Shown here piece by piece: positions 1 to 10,200 of a stretch of 64,000 nt of DNA. Numbering within the stretch: the first letter of the stretch is position 1; every line of letters starts with the position of its first letter. The DNA lies in the NCBI GenBank assembly GCA_048013815.1, contig CM106586.1:434001-498000 (forward strand), given 5' to 3'. The notes below the pieces were generated by a model, which did no database searches, had not been told where the DNA came from, and was given only the letters and a program-made list of their open reading frames with translations. Made by a program: the position numbers and the translations under genes. Source of the stretch: Setoptus koraiensis. Its lineage: Eukaryota > Animalia > Arthropoda.

Positions 1-928
1 GAACTAAGTATTAACAAGAATAGCTATTTTCTTCTTTGCAAGGATGAATATTCGAATTTTAGAATGTGTGCATATTTATCAACGAAAGAAGATATCGCTA
101 ATCAAGTTAAACTATTCATTTCAGAAAGTCAACTAGCCACAAAGAATAGAGTTCTACAAATATGTACTGATTCAGGAAGTGAGTTTGTTAATAGAAACCT
201 GTCATTATACCTGAAATCTGTTGGAGTAATTCATACACAATCAACACCCTATGTACATCAACAAAATGGATTTATTGAACGTGATGTACGAACCATTGTT
301 GAGAGTGCAAGAACAAATTTAATTAGATCAAATCTTTCGAGAAAATTATGGGACGAGGCCATTGCATGTAGCATTTACACTATGAATCGATCAATCAATA
401 GTAAAAACAAAACAGCAACCCCATACGAATTATGGTTTGGATCAAAGCCATCAGTTTCAAATCTTCACATCTTTGGTGAGGAAGCAGTTGTTCTTGACCA
501 AACTTATAAAACAAAATTTGAACCGCGTGGTCATAAAGTTCGTTTTGTCGGATATACACAGAAATCTAATACATTTAGATTCTTTGATCCGGAGAAGAAC
601 AAAATAATTTGTAGCTGTGACTTCAAGTTCCTCAATACTTATCCAAACTGTTACAACAAAAATGAACACACACAGTCGGATCAATTATTAATCCATGATG
701 ATATAGAGGTCACTCAAGAACATAATGATCTAGCAGATAATTCACAACTTGACGATGACGATTTTCATTCAATTGTTGATAAACCAACAATGGATGTAAT
801 GGAAAATTCATCGGAAAATAATTCTAGTTCTGATCAAATAGGTGCATTGAAACCTACTTCAAGTCTTGGTAAACGTGTTACGTTTAATCTCTCTAAATTC
901 GGTCTTATTAGAGGTAAACAAACAGAAA
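1..928 (+). mobile_element. pol: Ty1/Copia element 1, integrase core (ORF 64-942), cut by a HINE insertion
   Basis: rve motifs CTDSGSEF, QQNGFIER, LWDEAI..SIYTMNRS, TPYELWFG.KP, KFEPRG, FVGY. RT resumes after the gap at 2891, giving Copia order IN-RT-RH. Confidence 0.92.
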
Positions 929-2390
929 ACAAGTTATACTGATTATACCAGTATAAGAGCGCTTAATTTTTCCAGTGAACAATCTTAGAGGTTTGGACAG
1001 TTTATTAAGAAGTGATAAGTGCTAGCTGTCACTAGAAAGTTTTTCAAGAATTTATCCTGGTGAGAACAGTTTCGAAAATTGAACATACTGTGGAAGAACA
1101 TGTGCCACAAAATGGCCTATATCGCCAATACTAGAAACAGAACAGTTTCGAAAATTGCACATAATGTATGGGCACATGTGATCAGAAATCACATGTATTG
1201 AATGAGCTAACATGATCCAGAATTGTCCATAGCGCCAATACTAGAAACAGAAAATTGATAAAACTTGCACAGATCGTGTATGGCACAGTGCTTGCTGTCT
1301 CTAGAAAGTTTCAAGAATTTATCCTGGTGAGAACAGTTTCGAAAATCGCACATAATGTATGGGCACATGTGCCACAATATGGCCTATAGCGCCAATACTA
1401 GAAACAGAAAATTGATAAGACTTGCACAGATCGTGTATGGCACAGTGCTTGCTGTCTCTAGAAAGTTTCAAGAATTTATCCTGGTGAGAACAGTTTCAAA
1501 AATCGCACATAATGTAATACTTGCACAAAATGTTGCGAGCAACATGCACAACACATACACAGAGTATCATCAAAACGGATAGGTGGGAACATGTTCAAAT
1601 ATCACGATATTCACATGTGATCTAGAAATCAGATGTATTGAATGAGTTAACATGATCCAGAATTGCCTATAGCGCCAATACTAGAAACAGAAAATCGATA
1701 AAACTTGCACAGATCGTGTATAGCATCGATCCACCTCTTCACAATACATTAACCTCTGCATGAGCCCGGGACTTAAAATTCAATTCACCTCCCTGAAATG
1801 TGTGTTTGGGAGGTGGACGAACCTTCGAGTCTCAAACTTGTATGTAGGTTGTTGCATGCTCAGGAGGTGAACTTATTGTTTAAGCTCAAGCTAGTCCACC
1901 TCCCAAGCATGAGTCGCCCCACGCTATTTTGAGTAGCTAAACCTATCTCGTTATAGCTTCGGTCCACCTCCTAACTAGACATGAGCCCGAGACTCAAGAT
2001 TCAATCCACCTCCCTAGTAAATGTGTGTTTGGGAGGTGGACGAACTTTCGAATCTCAAGCTTGAGTGTACCTCCCACCTCCCACCTCCCAAGCACATTCC
2101 TGCCTACACACTCACTAAGCACTGATTATGCTAGTGCTAATGTATGCAAGCACACAGCGCGTGACTCTCAAGATCGAAAACTGTGAATATCCACAAATAA
2201 ATCGGTACGTGGATATTCACTGGCATACAAAGTCGGAGTATTCACAAGCACACAGCGCGTGAATCACCATAGCACAATTGGTGAATATCCTATGAAATGC
2301 AAGAATTAAGTATCCACCATCATACCGTGCGTGGATATTCATGCGTGATTTATAGGATCCAACAACACTACATCATAAGCACTTAATTAA
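929..2390 (-). mobile_element. Non-autonomous Helentron/HINE-like element, family A
   Basis: 3' end (reverse complement) ACAAGT-TATACTGATTATACCAGTATA hairpin-GAGCGCTTAATT at 929-970. The 5' end ...CTTAATTAA runs into the gap. Near-identical inverted copy at 54578-56163. Confidence 0.8.
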
Positions 2391-2890
2391 NNNNNNNNNN
2401 NNNNNNNNNNNNNNNNNNNNNNNNNNNNNNNNNNNNNNNNNNNNNNNNNNNNNNNNNNNNNNNNNNNNNNNNNNNNNNNNNNNNNNNNNNNNNNNNNNNN
2501 NNNNNNNNNNNNNNNNNNNNNNNNNNNNNNNNNNNNNNNNNNNNNNNNNNNNNNNNNNNNNNNNNNNNNNNNNNNNNNNNNNNNNNNNNNNNNNNNNNNN
2601 NNNNNNNNNNNNNNNNNNNNNNNNNNNNNNNNNNNNNNNNNNNNNNNNNNNNNNNNNNNNNNNNNNNNNNNNNNNNNNNNNNNNNNNNNNNNNNNNNNNN
2701 NNNNNNNNNNNNNNNNNNNNNNNNNNNNNNNNNNNNNNNNNNNNNNNNNNNNNNNNNNNNNNNNNNNNNNNNNNNNNNNNNNNNNNNNNNNNNNNNNNNN
2801 NNNNNNNNNNNNNNNNNNNNNNNNNNNNNNNNNNNNNNNNNNNNNNNNNNNNNNNNNNNNNNNNNNNNNNNNNNNNNNNNNNNNNNNNNN
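2391..2890. other. Assembly gap (500 N); further 500-N gaps at 24514-25013 and 50143-50642
   Basis: Runs of N. Confidence 1.
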
Positions 2891-2946
2891 CAACTAATTA
2901 TGAAGAAGTTAAACATCGACAGGATGTTGATAAATGGAAAAAGGCG

Positions 2947-5373
2947 ATGAATGAAGAAATAGAATCGATGCACAAAAACAATGTCTGGACACTGGTTGAA
3001 AGACCAGAAGGAGTTAACATTGTTACTAACAAATGGATATTTGTTATTAAAAGAAAGCCAGATGGAAGTATTGATAGATATAAAGCAAGATTAGTTGCTC
3101 GGGGCTTCACACAAATTCAAGGATTTGACTACAATGAAACATATTCTCCAGTAGCATATATGCCATCTATTAGAATGTTGTTTGCTTTCGCATCTGCTCG
3201 AAAACTTAACATTGCTGGATTTGATGTCAAGACAGCATTCTTGAATGGTTATCTAGACGAGAAAATATATATGGAACAACCTGAGGGGTTTAGAGATGAC
3301 TCAGAAAAGGTCTGTTTTTTGAATCGCAGTCTATATGGCCTTAAACAAAGTCCAAGGCAATGGAATATTCGATTTACAAACTTTATAAAATCACTCCGAC
3401 TATCAGAATCTTCAAATGACAAGTGCATCTTCTATCGAAATGATCCAATATTGATTCTTGCAATATATGTTGATGACGGATTATTACTCGCATCAAGTAA
3501 AGAGTCAATTTCTGAAGTTATTGAGAAAATGAAGACCGAGTTCGAAATTCATGAAGTTTCAGTTTCTACGTATTTAGGATTTCAAGTAGAACAATTGAAA
3601 TCAGGTAACATTTTCATACATCAATCGAGTTATATAAACAAAATATTGAAACGATTTAATATGGAAAATTGTAATTCTGTTGATTCTCCAATATCTGACA
3701 ATGTGAGACACATTGAGTTCCAACAACAACTTGACAAAAATATACAGTACAGAGAGGCAGTTGGCTGTCTCTTGTATGCAGCAATTACAACAAGACCTGA
3801 CATAATGTATGCTACCATGAAAGTAAGTTGCAACGTGAGCAATCCTACTGTGCTTGATTGGCTAGCAGTGAAACGTATCTACAGATACCTAAGAGGAAAA
3901 GAGGATTATGGTATATTATATTCAACAACAGAAACACTGCAAGCTTTCTGTGATGCTGATTTTGCAGGTGATACAAAAACAGCTAAATCTACTTCTGGAA
4001 TAATAGTTACAATGTCAGGAGGACCTATTCATTGGCGAAGCCAAAGTCAGAAAATAGTTACTCTTTCCTCTACAGAGGCTGAGCTTGTCAGCCTATGTAC
4101 GGCAGTAAAAGATGTAATTTGGTTAAGAAAATTAGCAACTGAACTCAATATAATCAAAGAAAATCCAACTAGTTTATATTGTGATAATCAGAGCTCAATT
4201 AGACTGGCTCTAAGCGAAACAGTTAGTCAAAGAACACGTCATATGTCTGTAAGGGCTGCTTACCCAAAAGAGCAAGTTACAAACGGTCAAATCAGCATTA
4301 AATATGTAAAAGCAGATGATCAACTAGCTGATGTGCTGACAAAAGCACAAAGTAGCAAAATATTCAAGAAAAACCGAGATAGGATTATATACAAAAAGTT
4401 ATTATTAGCGATGAATATCTTGTTTATGTATTTCTCGACAAACATAATGGCAATTATATTAGAACGTACAGATCCGATTATTTGGCGTCCAACATCGAAG
4501 ATGGTTTATGGAAAGAGGGTTGATTTTAAAGTCATGCTCTTATGGATAAATCCTTGTGACGAATTCAAAAGTCATTCGAACAGTCATCCTCATTGGGAGG
4601 CAAAGCTAAGATGCAATGAGTTATTCCAAAAAGAGTGGGTTGATAATATAGAATCACTGGTTGATTTGTTTCGAGAAATTTCCACTCCACGACAGATAGC
4701 ATTGTTAACTGGACTAACAATTGTTGGTTATCAAATAGTCACAAATTTGATTTCTATAGCAACAAAATATGCACATCCTGACTCCACTACTTCATCGGCA
4801 TATTTAAGTCCAGAACTTCAATCATACAGAACAACACAATCCTCCATGACTGATATTATTTCAAATATGGTTGACAAAATGGGTCTAGTAGATAGTCGCC
4901 TTCATGACCTCAAAGCAGAATATGATAAGAACTGGTATGATTACCATAATCAAGTTTTTGCGATGATAGGAGTTCAGAATGAGATCCTCAAAAAAGGGTT
5001 GAGACTTCAAAATATTCTGAACAAAGCCAATGAGAGACAAGTCTCTATGCCTGATAAAGCTTATCTTATGGATTTTAATAGAACACAGAGATTAAGATTG
5101 TATGATCTTGATATAGATCTATATAGTATTAGGCCTGAATTTACAGAGTTTATATCAGTGAGTAAATTGAAAAATGAAAAAGGTGTTCATCTTCATTTCT
5201 CTGTAATATTGGAGTATCCGGATGCAAAAATTTATCAAGTGGATAGTTTTGATTATTGGAATGTGCTCGAAACACCATTACAATTATTGAAATACACTGG
5301 TAAGCCCTATGTGCTATATGACAAGAAATATAATTGTAGACAGGCACTAGTCGATGAAAAGGCCAACTTAATT
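2947..5373 (+). CDS. pol: Copia 1 RT-RNase H fused in frame to the N-terminal part of an env-like protein
   Basis: KARLVARGF, DVKTAFLNG, LYGLKQSPRQW, YVDD, CDADFA, SSTEAE, ADVLTK. Without a stop it continues into a hydrophobic signal-like stretch (LLLAMNILFMYFSTNIMA) and a Cys-containing ectodomain. Confidence 0.9.
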
Positions 5374-6251
5374 GGGTGTTGTAGCGAATAGTGCCCCAGT
5401 CAGATTTCGATGAAACTTCACACACAGGGCCCGTAGGGCCCAAAAACAATAACCTCGGTGGTCCGGAAGTGCGGAAACTTCCGGTTCCGGTTTTACAAAA
5501 AAAATGAGATACAGGCTTGAAACTCACTATACATGTGAATCAGAGCACGCAGAGTACGATAACGTCAATTTCAAATTTGTCTCACTTCCGGTTGACGAGA
5601 TATCTGGATGAAACCGCTGCAGGGGCGTAGACGGGACGGAATACCCGCGCGCACGAACAAATACGTGCGCTATCAGGCCCATTCTGTTCAACACTTAAGG
5701 ATGCGCAGCTCCTTTTCTGTGCCGGATATATGTTCAGAGCCTTCCATGCGTCCCCATTTCGTTCTTTTTCTATCATTCGTGTATGGATTGCAGTCATGTG
5801 AGCGGAGGGTAGAGGGCGAAGCCCGATACCCGAAGCGCTCATCAACCCTACCCGAAGGGTTCCCGTCGCACGCAGTCGTCGCGGAAGCGACGACGGAGAT
5901 GTGACGGCCTCCAGAATACGAGGCCGCAGGCCGAGTTCTCAGACACACCGCATGTGCAACCCCGAGTGCAGCGAAGCAATAATTTGGTCACTTCCGGTCT
6001 TCTAACCCTAGTAATATCTCTATATCTCGAAAACCGGAAGTTGCACAGAGCTGAAAATTATGTTATTGTGTTCAGCGTAGCTTGAAACGTCTCTGTGGTG
6101 AATTTCAGAGCTCTAGATTCAACTTTATGTAAAACCGGAACCGGAAGTTTCCGCACTTCCGGACCACTTTTCCCGATGGTTCTGGGTCAAGATGAACCCG
6201 TACCTGAAGTTTCATCAAAATCGGGGCGGGGCACTATTCGCTACAACAACC
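5374..6251. mobile_element. Merlin-derived MITE inserted in the Copia 1 env
   Basis: TIRs GGGTGTTGTAGCGAATAGTGCCCC / GGGGCACTATTCGCTACAACAACC; perfect 8-bp TSD ACTTAATT (5366-5373, 6252-6259). Removal restores the frame KANLI-SETCTKQ. Confidence 0.9.
5783..5944 (+). other. Conserved multi-hairpin cassette of about 160 bp (copy 1 of 8; others at 29555, 34975, 36189, 38203, 44701, 48406, 60852)
   Basis: Near-identical sequence in eight MITE/Merlin copies whose surrounding internal DNA differs. Confidence 0.9.
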
Positions 6252-6259
6252 ACTTAATT

Positions 6260-6883
6260 TCCGAGACGTGTACAAAACAAGATTTCATTGACCCTAAATT
6301 GAATGTATGGAAGGAGTCATTGGAATATGCGTTGAACGATTCTATACCACAGGTGAAAATTACCAGACTTTTCAACTACATATATTGCTTTCCGCACAAT
6401 ATAACAATCATGGGACGGCAACAACTTTGCCCATCATCAACTTTCAAGTTACCCGTGGATATAAGCTTTTCTGTACTAGATTTAAAAATTGAAGCTGTCA
6501 CCTTGACGTTAAACATCACAACCAAGGATGTGGTTGTAGATAATCATCATTACAATGAATTCGATACAAATTCACTGAATGAAAGACTACTATTGGACAA
6601 ACAACTGAATTTAACAAAACAAGTCATGCAACTGAAACAGGTGAATAGTGTAATTGAGATTTCACAAAAACGGAAATTATCATGGCTCACTATTATGATG
6701 ATTTTAATTATATATACATTTGCCTTAGCGACATTGGGATGGTTTCTGTTTCGAAAACATTACCACTTCCGAAGAAGTGAAGATATATCGTTACATGCAT
6801 TTCCTCCGTGTCAATCGTGTATCGAACGTAATCGATACATAAGACATTGCCGTAATGAAAATATCGATAATGATATACCTTAG
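6260..6883 (+). CDS. env: Copia 1 env-like protein, C-terminal part with transmembrane helix
   Basis: YCFPHNITI..CP..TFKL motif and TM WLTIMMILIIYTFALATLGWFLF; in frame with 2947-5373 once the MITE is removed. Confidence 0.8.
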   Translation, partial: SETCTKQDFIDPKLNVWKESLEYALNDSIPQVKITRLFNYIYCFPHNITIMGRQQLCPSSTFKLPVDISFSVLDLKIEAVTLTLNITTKDVVVDNHHYNEFDTNSLNERLLLDKQLNLTKQVMQLKQVNSVIEISQKRKLSWLTIMMILIIYTFALATLGWFLFRKHYHFRRSEDISLHAFPPCQSCIERNRYIRHCRNENIDNDIP

Positions 6884-6930
6884 TTGATAATTGTAGTTGA
6901 AGGTTGAGAGATTATGACTTGAGGGGAGCA

Positions 6931-7228
6931 TGTTGAAATATCAAGTCATAACATTGTATCGTATGAATGACATAATCATTCATACGAGACTATGTTATGA
7001 AATAGTCTCGTATAAATGACATAATCATTCATACGTAAATATTATCGATATTGTCATCACAGTCTCGTATGAATGCAATTGATAAACAATCAATAAATTG
7101 CATTCATACGAGACCAGGTCGATCGTTTGGTATAAATACCACCAACAATTGTGTCATAAATAATAGTTTGAAATAAAGGATTAAAACTACAAAGTTAAGT
7201 TTAGTTCAAATTCGAATTATTGTTCACA
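6931..7228 (+). repeat. Copia 1 LTR (TGTTGAA...TTCACA), preceded by a PPT
   Basis: Polypurine tract GAGGGGAGCA at 6921-6930, TG...CA ends, TATAAATA about 7131, AATAAA about 7172, PBS immediately after. Confidence 0.8.
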
Positions 7229-10200
7229 TGGTGTCAGAAGTGGGGTTCGAACCCACGCCCTCATTCGAGGAGCGTGATTCGCTGGAGCGCCACCCAGTGG
7301 CAGCTAACATAGACGCTCCGGGGGAGCGCCAACTACAAATAATCAGAAACGCACATGTTTTGAAACAGCGCCACCCAGTGTCGATCATCACACACGCTCC
7401 GGCGGAGCGCCAACTACAAATAATCAGAGAAATACATGATTCGCTGGAGCGCCACCCAGTGGCAGCTAACATAGACGCTCCGGGGGAGCGCCAACTACAA
7501 ATAATCAGAAACGCACATGTTTTGAAACAGCGCCACCCAGTGTCGGCCAACGCACACGCTCCGGCAGAGCGCCAACTACAAATAATCAGAGAAATACATG
7601 ATTCGCTGGAGCGCCACCCAGTGGCAGCTAACATAGACGCTCCGGGGGAGCGCCAACTACAAATAATCAGAAACGCACATGTTTTGAAACAGCGCCACCC
7701 AGTGTCGATCAACACACACGCTCGGTGCAACTATATTGCCAACGTAATACGGCGTCAAAAAGTCTGGCTTGCTGCTCATAAAGAAAATAACAAAACGGAG
7801 AAAGTTGGCGACTCTATTCTTATTAGTATTCTATACACCAATGTACTTTATTGTTCTGGAATACAACTACAAGCGCGGGATAATTCTACATTCTTATATG
7901 GAACAGTCTTTGAAATGTTTTACATACGCATCTATATCATCAAACGCCCGGTCACCATTGCAATTGCAATAGAACTCTCCAGGATATACATTCTCACTGC
8001 AAAAAAGGTCAAGGTGACCCGGACTATACTCTGGAACAAACACGGATTGCTTACATATACAAGCTCTTACGCAATGATCAAATGTAAAACAAGACGGGAA
8101 CGCCACTGGGAAGCGTTCCATGGCGCTCTTGCTTGGCTGTACATTTATCAAATAAGCAAGCATAAACAGATCACAAATTACTCCAAAGCCAAAATGATCT
8201 TGTATCGGCTTGCAATATCTACCACACAACTCCAAGGAAGCAGTTCTCACGAAGTCGAACCTCCTTTTTACAACAGCAAGAGGCTTATTGTAACTCAATA
8301 TTCTCTCCCTGATTCCTTGAAAATCAGCAACCAAGGCCTCAAAAGTAACATATTGATTACCCAACTGACGGCAGGCCATAGGGCGATAGGTTGTGATCAC
8401 CCGGTTATCGTCAGGACACATGAAACTGAAGCTGTTACCATTGATATACAGAATTCGCTTCTTAGACGGAACCAGCATAAGCAACGAACCATCAGGGCCA
8501 GAGGTGAAGGTTATATCGATGGATTTGTTTCGGCTATCCAGTGTTGGTCCAGATGGGTCTACTGTAAAAGATGGGACATAGATATCCTGCTTCTTCTTGT
8601 CTTTAAGCATCATAGCATATTTGTTTGCTACACTCATAGCATGGCTGATCCAAAAGATAATCGCCTCTCCTACATCGCAACCAAAACCTCCTCTGTTAGG
8701 ATAGAATCGCAATTCCGGGACTTCACAGCCAGCCATGTTATCAGATACGTAGACAGCAAAATCTTCGACAGTTGCGTAGTCACGTATAACAAAAGAGGGC
8801 TGCTTAAAAGGCTTATAATAGTTCCTGGTCCTAGCCGAAGTTCGCCGGGCTTCCGAAACTGCTGCGGTGAAAGTGGTGTTAAGCGAGTCAGAAAGAATAC
8901 AAGGGATATTTCCCAAGTCCCGGGCATCAAAAGAAGGTGGTGGAACCTGGCCAGGTGCTCCATCCACCTCAATGGAACTGGTGACCACATCTCCTTCAAA
9001 AAGAGTGAGGAGCTCCTGCGAAACCTCAAGCTCAATCAACTCTTGACGAGTGAAACCGGCGTAGTGGCGACATTGAGCGCTGGTGACTTCTTCAATGAAA
9101 TAGTTTGTGGTCGCAACATTAGCAGTGGTTGGAAGATAATAAAGCCTAAAACCATCCAAAATTTCGTAAGTGGCAACAGGAAAGGAATAAAGTGCAGAGG
9201 CCAAGCATCTCCATGGAGCATCGTTACATCCCAAGGCAAGCAAATATGCGTGACGTCCAAACATGGGGTTATCAAAGCTATGTCCTGGTCCGAAATGGTA
9301 ACGATTTTTAAAATGGCCAATAAGCTCCTCGGTAATAGATGCTGGGAAGGCAAATCCACGATGGCAGGTATAAAACACTATGCTAATTACAGGTCTAAGC
9401 GGATCCTTGGAAGCCATAATGGCACAGAAAAAATGGCCGTTGTACACTATTGGTTGAATAATTATAGAATGGGTGTCCGTAATAACGACAGGATCGATGG
9501 TGGCTCGCACTCCAAGAGTAATCAATGGCTGAACCATTACAGATTCAAATCCTTGCGAGGCAAAATAACTGGACATGGAACTCACTATAGCATCGGAAGA
9601 GGACTCAGTGTCGATGCAATATGTTGGGTTAGTTCGATCTCGTGGATCATCGCTGGACGTGAGTCGCTGTGGATGAAATCGGACAAAATGCTGAAGAGGA
9701 TGTACCACGGTAGACGGTACTTTGCCTCGGCTGAAGTCATAAAAATTGCGACGAAAGTATGTATTCTTATACTCTTCGGGAGTAGACTCGTCCTCCGCCA
9801 AATTAGCATAATCGGCGCTTTTCCACTTGATTACGGATTCGGAAACGATGGTGAAAATATCTCTAGTCGGGCAGGCTCTGCGGATGTGCCGAGTAATAGC
9901 TTCCATTATTGTTCCAAGAGAGAAAATATCATCAAGAACATCGGCAGTGTTGCACTTAGATGGCGAAGCACTGGGGTCCATCTGCCTGAAGTCCGACCGA
10001 ACATGTATGAAACACCACTTGACAAATCGATAAGAATTCTCCGATGCGGTTTGCAGATTAATAAGACCAGGAATCATCCACCGTGGCAAAGAGATCTGAT
10101 TTTGAAGGGAAAAAATATTCACGCCCTGCAATATGGTGTCCTCAGTTTCCTCTCCGCCATAATTAAGGATACTCTGATGGTTGGTCTTGTAAGAAATCTT

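Noticed and set aside
5783-5944. Hammerhead or HDV-like ribozyme in the hairpin cassette
   Set aside because: TTGATGAG is present, but there is no CUGANGA plus GAAA core and no HDV nested double-pseudoknot pattern on either strand that I could fit.
7229-7330. Functional tRNA gene or tRNA-derived SINE head
   Set aside because: Only the 3' half is present, CCA is encoded, and there is no A-box or D-arm upstream on the minus strand.
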